Source: Eledone cirrhosa (taxonomy: Eukaryota). From it: a stretch of DNA of 64,000 nt. This document shows positions 12,641 to 26,877 of this stretch, one piece after another. The stretch lies in assembly GCA_964016885.1 (NCBI GenBank), contig OZ024754.1, positions 9,982,001 through 10,046,000 on the forward strand, in the 5' to 3' direction. The first letter of the stretch is position 1. Each line of letters begins with the position of its first letter. Below the pieces are notes generated by a model that was given only the letters and a program-made list of their open reading frames with translations, made no database searches and was not told the origin of the DNA. Made by a program: the position numbers and the translations under genes.

Positions 12641-12861
12641 CCCTTTAGGATTTAAACCAGCTGAATTCAGCCAGAATTATCTCACCTCTTTCTTTTCAAA
12701 CCAGCTGTAACCGGCCACTCATACCAATGTTAAGGTATTGTTCTCAAAATAAATAATATCAAAATCTCATAGCTTCGATATTATGTGAGATAATTATGTG
12801 AGGTAAAGCCTTTACCGTGAAAATATAATAGTATATATAGAGTAATGTAAATGCTAAAGGG
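12641..12861. mobile_element. piggyBac-like MITE
   Basis: TTAA|ccctttag...ctaaaggg|TTAA. Second copy at 13355-13574, partial copy near 47565-47702. Confidence 0.8.
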
Positions 12862-13354
12862 TTAAGGAAAATGAAATTAGAAGGAATGTGTGAATATTTA
12901 CCATGTTATTTATATGAAGTCAGATATGTATATGATAAAAGTACATAAATCAAAATAATTCTGTTTTATAACAATTCTTAGGCAAATATAAAAACCTGTA
13001 AAATCAATCAAACTCATTCTGGCATAGAAGTGAATAAATGATGTCTTCATATCTTTATAGGAGCCCATTAACTCTCTTAATACCAAACTGTCTGAAACTG
13101 CTCCTTGTTCTATGATACAAAGCTGCATATTTTAAAGTGCTTATAATTACTTAAAAAACCTTCTAGAATTTTAAGAATTTTTATTACGTTTTGCTCCAAA
13201 CTCTAGTTTGATAATGAGAGAGTTAATAATATTTCTATATTCCTCCAAATTCCAGATTATTTTCAAAATAATTTGAAAATGATAGGATATATTCATTAGA
13301 AATTTGGTAACGAAGGGTCAAGAAAGCGTTGATCTCTTAACACTACTGTATTAA

Positions 13355-13574
13355 CCCTTTAGCATTTAAACTAGCCATATCCAGCCAGAATTCTCTCACC
13401 TCTTTCTGTTCAAACTGGCCTTAACCGGCTGCAATATTTATGTTAAGGTATTGCTCTCAAAATAAATAATATCAAAATCTCATAGATTCGATATTATGTG
13501 AGATAATTACGTGAGATAAAGTGTTTACTGAGAAAATACGATAGTAAATATAGAGTAATGTGAATGCTAAAGGG
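13355..13574. mobile_element. piggyBac-like MITE
   Basis: TTAA|ccctttagcatt...aatgctaaaggg|TTAA. Confidence 0.82.
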
Positions 13575-14104
13575 TTAAGCAGATGAGAAATTAATCTACT
13601 CATGTATAGGAGAGCAACAATTATAGTTAACACTCATAGAACATATTGTACGCTATGTAAAATACGATATAATTTGTCCAATATTTTACCCTTTAAGAAA
13701 GCATGATAACGTTGATGTAAAATATTATGTTAAGAATACCAAACTGTTAGCTATTACAATTCTGCAAGAACTAACCCTAGAATTAAATTTTAGAGCCAAG
13801 ACAGGAGAAAAAATTTTTTTTTTCTTTTTGATTTCTTTGGAAAAGTGAAACTATTATCATGAATTCATAGAAACTAGAGATTTAAGGATTGGTGTTTCAT
13901 AAATGTGTGAATATAAAGAGTATAAAGAAATAAATTAATAAATATCTGTGTGTATATATATGTATATATATAGAGAGAGACATACATATACATGTGTGTA
14001 TATATATATTACACATATGTGTATGTGTATATATATATATATGTTACACGTGCGTGTGTGTGTATATATATATACACACACACACCCCTCACACACATAT
14101 AAAC

Positions 14105-14162
<58 letters not shown>

Positions 14163-14181
14163 GTTTATATGTGTGTGAGGG

Positions 14182-14219
<38 letters not shown>

Positions 14220-14788
14220 CCCACACACATACACATATTAAAAAATAAAAATATAAATATAGAAAATACATTGAACAATAAAAAAAAAAATAAATAAAAT
14301 AAAAATGTGTGATAATACTGAAAAGATATGATTTCTGGCAGTTATTCTTGTTGCTATTGTGCTATTATTTGAAAAAGTTTGGCAAAGTAAATATATACAT
14401 ATACATAGAATTTTGGAAGAGAAAAGACAAAAAAAAAACCAAAAAAAAACCAAAAAAAAAAAACCACAAAGAAAGAGAGAGTGAGAGAGAGAGAAAGAGG
14501 GAGAGTGAATGAGAGAAACAAAAAAAAAATATATATTTATAAATAAATATACAAACAAATAAAACGTAAAATCATATAAATATTTTATGAATACAAAGAG
14601 ACTCTTTATGAGGAGATAGGAAAACAAGAAATGGCCAAGCTTATATTGATAACTTATTCTATATAAACAATAAAATCAAATGTATTGATCAATAGAGAAA
14701 ATGTAAACTATATTCTTCTTGTTGTTGTTGATAAGTCTCATTTGAGATGGAGGTTTTGTTTAAAGAACACTATCCGAACAATACTTAC

Positions 14789-14940
14789 GCTTATAGCTTC
14801 AGTTTTGAAAATTTTACTCTTCAACCATGAAAGATAATATACACGGATTTTGTTTTTCTTTCCGGAGATTGTGACTAAAATGTTCTGGCCTTCCAATACC
14901 TCCATTTGTTGGAATCGACGTCGGGATATTAATGTATAAA
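14789..14940 (-). CDS. MAP4K4-family CNH exon: (V)[50 protein letters not shown]
   Basis: tgtctttcag| ... AGC|gtaagta. 152 nt, phase 1 to 0. Carries [29 protein letters not shown]. Not present in the ORF track. Confidence 0.97.
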
Positions 14941-15750
14941 CTGAAAGACAATGTTGAAATATAGCTTTAGTAATGAAAAGACTAGATGATGAGGGAGATA
15001 GGTAATTTTAACAGGCAATAATACAGACGTTTTGAGATATCTCTAACAATGCTCGCAACTTGTTATTGTCAATTTAAATAAAACATGATGATAATAATAA
15101 AAAAATATGGAAAACAAGATAAAGAAACAGAAAAATTAAAAATATCCCCATCCCATCCCATCCCACAAAAAAAAAAAAAAAAAATAATAATAATAATAAA
15201 CAAACAAACAAGCAGGATTCTTTCATTTTTATTTCCATCAAACATGGAATAAATAAGATATCACACAATAAATAATAAATACTGTTATTCATTTACTATC
15301 ATCTACACGGCTATCCTTCTCTCATTTTAAATGTAGTTACTTCAATATGGAGAGAATTATAACAGAAATGTTGGGAAAGAAAATGTTAATGACAGGAACA
15401 ACACAAGGTGGTCATGTTTGATGTAGGAAAGAGAAGAGATGAAAGTCTTATCAAAGCTAACACACGATTAAAGTAGCTGCCAGCCTGTCTGTAGAGTTAG
15501 CATACAACAACTGTTTCTCTAGTAGTGTGTCTCTCTCACTCAATGAGGGTGATTAGAAAATGTAGTTTTGTATTAGTTACAAGTGCTGTTGTTCCTAGTG
15601 GTTGCAGTGATGATGGTGGTGGTGCCAGTTATTCTGCTACTGGCTGTCACAGATAACATTCAGACAACCATGTCATACACAAACTCCATGCTGGTGATTT
15701 AATAACAATTTGCCACAAAGCTTTCAATGACAATGATAACTACGACGACA

Positions 15751-15782
<32 letters not shown>

Positions 15783-18055
15783 AAGCATTGTAGCAAGAAC
15801 AGACAGATCCCCATTAGTTCCTTGTTCCAATAATTATATAATAGACTCAATAAGATGATCGAAATGATGACAATGATTAGGAAGAATATTCTACAGAATT
15901 CGAAGAAACGGTGTTAATGCCTCTAAATCGGTTAGTGGATTGCAATAATGGTGATTATACAGCAAAGATGATTACTGAATGTAAATGATAGTGGCTTAAG
16001 TCTAGAGTCAACATTTAAATCTAATTGACAGCAGCTCTACGAAAGTGTACATTACCAACTAATACTCAGGTTACGACAAATTCTTCATTGAATGCAACTA
16101 ATAAATTATATTTAAAAGTTAGTGACCCGAGGAAGTTATTTGACAAGTAAACTGAATGTTCTTTTGACACTCTAAATTGAACTTCAAACCAATGTTGTGC
16201 TAGGCTTATCATTCTCAAAAAGCTGATTTAAGATTAATAAAAATATCAATAAATAAGAGATAAACATATGAAACAGAAAAGAGCAATAAACAGCAGATGT
16301 ATTTTTGAAAAGTTATAAGTCTTTCAAATAATAAAGTCAGTGAGCGAGAATGGTTGGATAACAAGATTAATAACTATTTTCATGCATGTATGAACTTATT
16401 AGAGGTGGGTCTTTTAGAAAACATCTAAATTTAGTAATCTAAACAAATTTAATACACCATAATTTTATTAAAAGTGTGTGGCCAAAACCATTTTACTGCT
16501 AGACTGAATTTTGTAAAGTTAAGTAAATTGGCAAAATATACACTAATTATATATACACACTCTGGTAATAGAAAATACTAAACTATTGTGTATTTTGGCA
16601 TTTCAAGACTTCCTATTAAATAGTATTTACTATCATAATAATATACCAAACTGTGGCAGCCATGTTGTTGACAGATAATTGACTTTAGCTTATGCCAGGG
16701 TAAATAATATACTGATACCAATAAAGGTCAATATTAAAAAGTCAGAGACTGCTTCTGTCTATCAAAAAAACTTAAGAAAAACAACAAAAAAATACTGACT
16801 TTGTCCATGAAGCATTTAAAAAAAAATATTTCTTCCAAAATGGATACCTCAATGTGTTAATCCTCTTGTTATATATAGAAACATAACCCCCAAAAATGTT
16901 TACCATTTTGATGTGTGAAGACAAGAATGAGGTGAATTTTTGGACTGGTATAAAACACGGGCCAATGTGGTGTAGCATTGCATGGTGTAACTCCTGACAG
17001 AGTTGTAAGGGCGCTGTATTGACATATGGCATTTTGGGGGCATTTTAAGCCTGGCAGAGCCAGTCCCTCTCCTCTCCAGGCATGAGTACAGCAGATTTCT
17101 TCCAGAGAAAGATAGAAAGTGACACAGAGGAAAAATCAACCCCAGTACTAGACTGGTACTTTTTTTATCGACCTTGAAAGGATGAAAATAGGCCAATGTG
17201 CAAAAGTATTAAAGCTTAGATGAAGGCGAAGCAGTTTAAGAGAATATGTGACATAAACAAACACTTTGTGACTGTTTCTCTCGCAGTAAAAGAGAATAGA
17301 AGACTTTCATGAGAAGCTTTCATGAAGCGTTGTAAAGAATCATAGGAAAATAATAATCTAGAGTTTTCAGATAAAAATCTTTCCCAGCATAAAATAAAGA
17401 CATATAATCTAGATGCTTAATTTTATTGTCTTTATTAGATTCATTCACCTTCAGAGACATCAAATTATCATCAAATTGTATGCTTCCATCTAACTTGCCT
17501 GTGATATCATTTATTCTATGGTCTAATATCAGCACAAAAGTGCCTAAACATTAGAACATGTGATAGTAAGAAGAGTCAATAGACATAATATTTACTGACA
17601 AAGCTTCAACATCAATTGGTACACTCTAATCAAATCAGCCATAGCTCAAGAGTGAATGGAGTGGTAACATAAAAAATAATAAAAATGACCACATAAATCT
17701 CAAAAGTTCAATTGTTTGCTGGCTGTATTTTGGTGGATGATTGCGGTAGAATATAAAATAAAGTTAGCGAGAACATTAAGTAAAGGGAACATTAAAGTCT
17801 AAACAGTAGGTTTCTCTTCCCACAGTCTTCAGTAAATAGATATCAAGCAATTATTATGAGGAAGAAAGAGATTTTAGTAGCTAGCACAGATCAACGAATG
17901 AAATTGCTTCAATTAGTGAAGAAGCAAAGCCATAAAATCACTCAGTATGCAAATTAGGCTAATCAGCCGATGTACACTTTAGATAATACTATATATTCTC
18001 AAGAGTTCTAGTGAGTGACAGAAGAGAGATACACAATCTTGACAAAGGGCACTGT

Positions 18056-18910
18056 CCTTATGTAGCAGGTTGATATCGTAGAGCTTGAAATTTTTCAGCA
18101 TTAAACTGCATGTTGTTGTCCTCAGCCCATTTGTATATGGCATCCAGATCTTGTTGTAAAAGGGAAGCATCAGCTGGGTTCTTGATTGCCTGTGCTACCT
18201 TTGTGTCATCAGCATAGCTAGTGAGGGATGTTGAATGTACTACAGAGGGCATGTCTGAAAAAGCCACCAAAAACAGTTGTGGTCCCAAGACCATGCACTG
18301 GGGTACCTCACTTGTTATTGATGCTTCCTTTGAGAGGGCCCCATTGGTTGCAACAGTCTGGCTTTTGTCTTTTAAGAAGTCAAACAGCCACTCACCTACT
18401 TTTCCAGTTCTACTGAATCTGTGTAGTTTGTAACATATCATTTCAATCTCGACCTTGTCAAGATAAATCGCATCCACATTTGAGCTGTCCAGCAGTTGTT
18501 TCAGTAGTGTTGATAGTTGCCATTTCTTCATGGAGTGTGAAAATACTTTTGTATTGTTCATTCAGTGTCTCACATATTCCTTGGGGATCCTCGGTCAATG
18601 AGCCATTTTTATGGAAAAGTAGCCCAATCTTGTAGTGTACCGAGCCAGTCTCTTTTGCTAATTTAAAGAAGGCCTTAGGGTTTGTTTTAATATTTTCTAG
18701 GGCTATGGCTTCTCTCTTTACCCTCCCCTTCTCATGTGAAAGTTTGAGAACAGTTTCAATTTCAAGCAGTGCCTGTTTCAGATAGGGTTCCTTCTTGTTC
18801 TTCTGTTGTGTATTTAACAGGTTTGAGATCTTAGTTCTTTGTCTCATAAGGATTTTCCTGTGTCTCAGAATAAAATTTTTGTTTGTTGGCCTTTTTTTCC
18901 AGGACAAAGT
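18056..18910 (-). mobile_element. Decayed CR1/L2-type LINE reverse transcriptase fragment
   Basis: IKTNPKAFF, VPQCMVLGPQLF, YADDTK and LQQDLDAIYKWAEDNNMQFNAEKF, split over two frames. Confidence 0.88.
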
Positions 18911-19415
18911 TACGGAATATAGTTTGTATTATTATCATGAAATGTTGAAAGTATGTGTTGGTGTTTTGTGTGGAGATGTCACTCCAAGTTTACTTTGGAT
19001 TTAATAAAATAATTAAGATTTTCATGAGTATCCCAATATTAAGAACAACACTTAATAATTTCTAAAATAAAATTATGATGAAAGGTTTTTAAATGAGCAG
19101 TTTTGTATCATAAATCCAGGGTGGTTTGAAATCAAAAGCGTTAAACACAATATATTATAAGTTAAAGAACAAATTGAGCTTATTTTATTTTTTGTTCAAA
19201 CTTTCTTTTCAAACACAGAGAAAAAAAAAAGGAATGGGAATTTGGTACAGAGAACAATTATATCTAACCTTTTTCATAAAAACCCACCTAAAACTGTCCC
19301 TGGTTTAATGATACAAAACTGTCCATTACAAAATACTTATGCATATATATAGGGAGACACAAAGAAGGCTTTGTTTACAAAGTTGAAAATTAGGTAGTAA
19401 CATGTGCTTATGCCA

Positions 19416-19672
19416 TATTTGATTAAATAGAATTAGTCTGTTAGTTGGGATTTTAAAAAGCACCTATGAATGGAAAAAAGGATGAGTATTGGTACATGGG
19501 ACACCAACCCACATCTTTGGTTTGCTGGACCAATGTGTTATCATTACACATTGGTCCAGCAAACCAAAGATGTGGGTTTGTGTCGCATGTACATCAATAC
19601 TCCCCCTTTTTTCTATTCAGAGGTGTGTTTTTTAAAATCCCAACTAACAGACTAATTCTATTTAGTCAAATA
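19416..19672. repeat. Fold-back inverted repeat (MITE-like), about 125-bp arms
   Basis: tatttgattaaatagaattagtctgttagttggga... / ...tcccaactaacagactaattctatttagtcaaata, with an inner perfect stem of more than 30 bp. Confidence 0.92.
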
Positions 19673-20132
19673 CTTATATTTGAACCTTCCATCATGATTT
19701 TATTTAAGACATTTTTGTTAAGTAAAGTTCTAAATACCAGTTTATTAATGAAAAAGTTATTTATCTTATCAAATTACTCCATATTTCAGATTATTTTCAA
19801 AATTAATTGAAAAACCCATAGGCTGTATATTTCCATCAGAAAATATGGTAACAAAAGGGTTAAACTTAGGTCAAAAATAAAAGCAAACCAAAGAGACATT
19901 TGCTTATCCTACAACAACATATTTTGATGTGATTTGAAGAACTAATTAAGAATACAGTAAAACTGTATCATGAACATGCAATAAGTTTTAATGTCTTTGA
20001 AAATGTCTGAAGAAAATAAATGGAAAAAGGAAAGAAATATATAAATATTTATATTTATAATTATATATATATGAATGAATATATTTATATATCTCTCTCT
20101 CTTTCTCCCTCTCTCTTATATATATCTATATA

Positions 20133-20172
<40 letters not shown>

Positions 20173-20548
20173 TATATATGAATGAATATATAAATATATA
20201 TATATGTGAATATCATCATCATCATCATTCCCCTCTGCAATGTGGTAGCTGCACCAAACTGTGGTCTCACTGTAAGGGAGGGCTTGACACAGCCATTTGA
20301 CCCCCCCCCCTCTCCACCATATAGTGGTGGAATCCAGTTCCACACTGTAAATCTAAATCTGGTTGGTGTTAGAAAGGGCATCCAGCTGTAAAAATCCTGC
20401 CCAAATTTACAGTCCCATCAGAGCAAGGCGTAGCATAGCCAATCCTGGCCAGATTTGTCTTTCAACACGGACAACAAGTCTGACCCATGCAAGCATGGAA
20501 AAATGGTCATTAAATGGTGATGATGATATATGAATATATATGTATATC

Positions 20549-20602
<54 letters not shown>

Positions 20603-21106
20603 TTATCAACTATATGTATATATATATTTATCAACTGTATATATATATATATTTATCAACTGTATACATATATATATATATTTATCAACTGTATATATAT
20701 ATACACACATGTATAAATTCAAAAATTCAGTTTGACAGCTATATACTGTAAACATATAAATTTAGACATGCCATATATTATGTTCTTTGAGTTGACAGCT
20801 GTCCATATATTATATATTATTTTTAGGCTAATAATATCTGGAATTTATCATTAACTTTCTGTGACTGATGTATATATATTCCTGTTATTCAGACAGAAAT
20901 GATAAGGTAAGTAGGAGGCAACACTGTGTGGTATGATGAGAAAGAAATGAGAAATCTCCCCCCAAAATAACCTATTGGGTGTTCTTTAGAAGAACAAGTG
21001 ATTAATAAATTATATAGCTTGTCATGGGCCTGAAATAGAGATCAAAGAAATCAAGATAACTTAAGAAAGAGGATCTGGAGAGTATATAATGTAGGAGAGA
21101 ACTCAC

Positions 21107-21172
21107 CTTTGCCCTGGCCACTTCTATCAAGTAAAGTTAATCCATTCTCTGTTCCTATGAGTAAGTTAACAC
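21107..21172 (-). CDS. MAP4K4-family CNH exon: (G)[21 protein letters not shown]
   Basis: tttgtttcag| ... AAA G|gtgagt. 66 nt, phase 1 to 1. Matches the family motif [22 protein letters not shown]. Confidence 0.97.
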
Positions 21173-21216
21173 CTGAAACAAAACAAAAAAAAGATGATAT
21201 CTATGTATGTATGTAT

Positions 21217-21247
<31 letters not shown>

Positions 21248-21343
21248 CACATACATATATTCCCAAACAGAGGGGCACACAGGACAAAGATAAGTCTAAG
21301 CTTCTAAATTTTCAATATTTATATATATATATATATATAAATG

Positions 21344-21392
21344 GCTTCTACAGGACTAGAAGTGTTTCATTCAGGAGAAATCATCAGGAAGC
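21344..21392 (-). ncRNA. Hammerhead ribozyme motif in a Penelope-like repeat fragment
   Basis: GCUUC-CUGAUGA-UUUC UCCU GAAU-GAAA-CA..UG-UA/GAAGC. Same repeat family as 9607-9793. Confidence 0.65.
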
Positions 21393-21500
21393 TACCTAGT
21401 CCTGTAGAAGCCATTTCTATATTAAATATTTATACTCTGGTATGTATTGAGTACCTTACTTACTGTGGTTACCCCGATTGAACCCAAGATAAACTTATAT

Positions 21501-21543
<43 letters not shown>

Positions 21544-21546
<3 letters not shown>

Positions 21547-21646
21547 GGTGCCCTAAAAAAATGTATGCACACTTTGATTACCTGTACAGGCAATATTTAT
21601 TAGAATGCTGTTGAAGTGTGTATATATATTTTGGGGGGACACTCTG
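21544..21646. mobile_element. Small Tc1/mariner-type MITE
   Basis: Imperfect TIRs cagggtgccctaaaaaaatgtatgcacactt / aagtgtgtatatatattttggggggacactctg. Confidence 0.6.
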
Positions 21647-21647
21647 C

Positions 21648-21696
<49 letters not shown>

Positions 21697-21699
<3 letters not shown>

Positions 21700-21873
21700 A
21701 TGAAAATCCGTTATAACGAAATTCTCGGAGCATAAAAAAAATTTGTTGTAACGAAAAATTCTTTATAACGAGATCCACTGAAACACATCGAGTGTGTGGC
21801 CGGGGATTGAAACACATTTTCTTACACTGAAACATTTCTTATAATGGTATTTGTTATAACAGAATTTTACCTG
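21697..21873. mobile_element. pogo/Tigger-like MITE
   Basis: Imperfect TIRs with gttataac motifs (aaaatccgttataac / gttataacagaatttt), TA flanks. Confidence 0.55.
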
Positions 21874-22366
21874 TATATATATTACACACACTCTCTCTCT
21901 CTCTCTCTCCCAATCACACACACACACACACACACACACTCACTCACTCATGTATATAAGCAAAGTACATTGATTTAGAATTGTTAAAAAGGTTCTTCTA
22001 GACTTGAAAATTCACAATAAACACCAGGCAGATAACAAGAGTTTTGTTTCCATGAATAAATTATATATCACTGTCTTAATTAATATTTAAAGAAAATAAA
22101 AAAAAATTTTTTAGAAATTTATTCTAAATTTCAGACATAATATAAATTACAATATTTATTAAAAAGATTAAGTTCCTAACAACATCATACGGTAATTGAA
22201 AATTATTGTCTAACAATTATCAAGAAGGATAGCTGGGGCGAGGGAGAGGGGCGAGGGGGGATCTTTGTTACTTAGTCTTGACTAATAGAATCACACATAC
22301 ACACTCATGCACGTGTATACACATATATACACATGCATGTGTTTATATATACAGACATACACATGC

Positions 22367-22402
<36 letters not shown>

Positions 22403-23121
22403 ATACATACATACATACACACACACTCTGTTAGAAATTTTAATTAAAAAAAGATGGTTTAATCAAGTGTTCAAAAGACTGTGCCCCCCCCCCCCCCTTT
22501 TAAAACAGACAAATAGATTAGTTAGTAGGAAAAATAATAAGCAAATATTGCTATTGTCCTGAAAGATTGTTATCAAACTTCTTAAAAATTAATTATTTGA
22601 AAAACATTGCATGAGAAATACTGACAGACATATGTTTAGTTAATCATTGCAGCTGGTAGTAGTTGTAATGACCATTATATATAAACTTCCAAAGGTAAAT
22701 AAATTCTAGAATATTGTTGTTTTAACACTTTGAAAGACCACCACACCTGTTGGAGGGATGCAACTGTATGAGAGGCTGGCTATGATTATGAAAAAAATTC
22801 TAAATAAGCCTACAAGGTAAAAATTAAAAAAACGGTCATATCTGGTCACTCTGACTGGCCTGGTCTGGTCTGGTGGGACGGATTGTGGCCCACGGGCTGC
22901 CTGTGGCACACCCCTGTTCCAGACTTTATAGTTTCTAGAATATTTACATCTCAAATGATATCAATATTTTAAAATACTCTCTATATATTTCTTCATTGTA
23001 CTGCATTGTTTGCTTTGTTGTTTCTGGCATGCAGAACCCTAGGGACAAGCTGCTTCATGGTCCCCACAGAGAGAATGGAGAAAGTTTTACCCCAGAGGAT
23101 AGTGAGCAAGATGTAAATGGG

Positions 23122-26100
23122 CACTAGCTGTGTTAGTATCACTATTCTAGCAATATCTTCAAAGACTATATGGCTTCTACTAGCTGTGTTAGTATCACTA
23201 TTCTAGCAATATCTTCAAAGACTATATGGCTTCTACTAGCTGTGTTAGTATCACTATTCTAGCAATGTCTTCAAAGACTATATGGCTTCTACTAGCTGTG
23301 TTAGTATTACTATTCTAGCAATGTCTTCAAAGACTATATGGCTTCTACTAGCTGTGTTAGTATTACTATTCTAGCAATGTCTTCAAAGACTATATGGCTT
23401 CTACTAGCTGTGTTAGTATCACTATACTAGCAATGTCTTCAAAGACTATATGGCTTCTACTAGCTGTGTTAGTATCACTATTCTAGCAATGTCTTCAAAG
23501 ACTATATGGCTTCTACTAGCTGTGTTAGTATCACTATTCTAGCAATGTCTTCAAAGACTATATCTCTTCTACTAGCTGTGTTAGTATCACTATTCTAGCA
23601 ATGTCTTCAAAGACTATATGGCTTCTACTAGCTGTGTTAGTATCACTATTCTAGCAATATCTTCAAAGACAATATGGCTTCTACTAGCTGTGTTAGTATC
23701 ACTATTCTAGCAATGTCTTCAAAGACTATATCTCTTCTACTAGCTGTGTTAGTATCACTATTCTAGCAATGTCTTCAAAGACTATATGGCTTCTACTAGC
23801 TGTGTTAGTATTACTATTCTAGCAATGTCTTCAAAGACTATATGGCTTCTACTAGCTGTGTTAGTATCACTATACTAGCAATGTCTTCAAAGACTATATG
23901 GCTTCTACTAGCTGTGTTAGTATCACTATTCTAGCAATATCTTCAAAGACTATATGGCTTCTACTAGCTGTGTTAGTATCACTATACTAGCAATGTCTTC
24001 AAAGACTATATGGCTTCTACTAGCTGTGTTAGTATCACTATTCTAGCAATGTCTTCAAAGACTATATGGCTTCTACTAGCTGTGTTAGTATCACTATTCT
24101 AGCAATATCTTCAAAGACTATATCTCTTCTACTAGCTGTGTTAGTATCACTATTCTAGCAATGTCTTCAAAGACTATATCTCTTCTACTAGCTGTGTTAG
24201 TATCACTATTCTAGCAATGTCTTCAAAGACTATATCTCTTCTACTAGCTGTGTTAGTATCACTATTCTAGCAATGTCTTCAAAGACTATATGGCTTCTAC
24301 TAGCTGTGTTAGTATCACTATTCTAGCAATGTCTTTAAAGACTATATCTCTTCTACTAGCTGTGTTAGTATCACTATTCTAGCAATGTCTTCAAAGACTA
24401 TATGGCTTCTACTAACTGTGTTAGTATCACTATTCTAGCAATGTCTTCAAAGACTATATGGCTTCTACTAGCTGTGTTAGTATCACTATTCTAGCAATGT
24501 CTTCAAAGACTATATGGCTTCTACTAACTGTGTTAGTATCACTATACTAGAAATGTCTTTAAAGACTATATCTCTTCTACTAGCTGTGTTAGTATCACTA
24601 TTCTAGCAATGTCTTCAAAGACTATATGGCTTCTACTAACTGTGTTAGTATCACTATACTAGAAATGTCTTTAAAGACTATATCTCTTCTACTAGCTGTG
24701 TTAGTATCACTATACTAGCAATGTCTTCAAAGACTATATGGCTTCTACTAGCTGTGTTAGTATCACTATACTAGCAATGTCTTCAAAGACTATATGGCTT
24801 CTACTAGCTGTGTTAGTATCACTATTCTAGCAATATCTTCAAAGACTATATCTCTTCTACTAGCTGTGTTAGTATCACTATTCTAGCAATGTCTTCAAAG
24901 ACTATATCTCTTCTACTAGCTGTGTTAGTATCACTATTCTAGCAATGTCTTCAAAGACTATATGGCTTCTACTAGCTGTGTTAGTATCACTATTCTAGCA
25001 ATGTCTTCAAAGACTATATGGCTTCTACTAACTGTGTTAGTATCACTATACTAGAAATGTCTTTAAAGACTATATCTCTTCTACTAGCTGTGTTAGTATC
25101 ACTATTCTAGCAATGTCTTCAAAGACTATATGGCTTCTACTAACTGTGTTAGTATCACTATACTAGAAATGTCTTTAAAGACTATATCTCTTCTACTAGC
25201 TGTGTTAGTATCACTATTCTAGCAATGTCTTCAAAGACTATATGGCTTCTACTAACTGTGTTAGTATCACTATACTAGCAATGTCTTTAAAGACTATATC
25301 TCTTCTACTAGCTGTGTTAGTATCACTATACTAGCAATGTCTTCAAAGACTATATGGCTTCTACTAGCTGTGTTAGTATCACTATACTAGCAATGTCTTC
25401 AAAGACTATATGGCTTCTACTAGCTGTGTTAGTATCACTATACTAGCAATGTCTTCAAAGACTATATCTCTTCTACTAGCTGTGTTAGTATCACTATACT
25501 AGCAATGTCTTCAAAGACTATATGGCTTCTACTAGCTGTGTTAGTATCACTATACTAGCAATGTCTTCAAAGACTATATGGCTTCTACTAGCTGTGTTAG
25601 TATCACTATTCTAGCAATGTCTTCAAAGACTATATGGCTTCTACTAACTGTGTTAGTATCACTATACTAGAAATGTCTTTAAAGACTATATCTCTTCTAC
25701 TAGCTGTGTTAGTATCACTATTCTAGCAATGTCTTCAAAGACTATATGGCTTCTACTAACTGTGTTAGTATCACTATACTAGAAATGTCTTTAAAGACTA
25801 TATCTCTTCTACTAGCTGTGTTAGTATCACTATACTAGCAATGTCTTCAAAGACTATATGGCTTCTACTAGCTGTGTTAGTATCACTATACTAGCAATGT
25901 CTTCAAAGACTATATGGCTTCTACTAGCTGTGTTAGTATCACTATACTAGCAATGTCTTCAAAGACTATATGGCTTCTACTAGCTGTGTTAGTATCACTA
26001 TACTAGCAATGTCTTCAAAGACTATATCTCTTCTACTAGCTGTGTTAGTATCACTATACTAGCAATGTCTTCAAAGACTATATCTCTTCTACTAGCTGTG

Positions 26101-26372
26101 TTAGTATTACTATTCTAGCAATGTCTTCAAAGACTATATGGCTTCTACTAGCTGTGTTAGTATTACTATTCTAGCAATGTCTTCAAAGACTATATGGCTT
26201 CTACTAGCTGTGTTAGTATTACTATACTAGCAATGTCTTCAAAGACTATATGGCTTCTACAAGCTGTGTTAGTATTACTATACTAGAAATGTCTTCAAAG
26301 ACTATATGGCTTCTACTAGCTGTGTTAGTATCACTATACTAGCAATGTCTTCAAAGACTATATGAGCACTAG
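23122..26372. repeat. 56-bp satellite array, about 58 copies
   Basis: Unit ctactagctgtgttagtatcactattctagcaatgtcttcaaagactatatggctt with a few linked variants. Confidence 0.98.
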
Positions 26373-26877
26373 AAAATATTTACTTATTTGGCTGTTTTAT
26401 CATTAAATATTTTCAAATGATATTTTAGTTGCTTCTTACAACACACCCAATCAATCTTGCCTCAAGTGGGACAATTCGCGTCTAACCTATGCTAGCTGGA
26501 AGATAGACGTTAAATGATGATGATGATCTTTACAGGCAACTAATAGTAAAACTTTGCCTAAAAAAAGACCTTGTGATGAACATAAAGCGCCATGGAGCCC
26601 CACAAGCTGACCCTTGAGTTAACTGGGGAAATTGGCCTTAAAATGCTTATAGTAATAGTAAATGATTTGTGGTTGATATGGAAAGTTGAGTTGGTAGATG
26701 AACGGACAAGAAAGGCATCATTATAAATTAGAAATTAAATTTAACCTTCAGCATGCTGCAGGCAACACAATGCAAACACATGAGTAGTCTCCCCTTAACA
26801 GATAATACAGTGTCAAGGGAAACAACTCATGGCGTGCTAAAGGTTAAATAGAAGATGTTTGTGTTTAAAATACTTAC

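Noticed and set aside
23122-26372. CRISPR-like appearance of the regular arrays (also 48196, 50568, 59853)
   Set aside because: Units are head-to-tail with no unique spacers, there are no cas genes, and the context is a eukaryotic intron.
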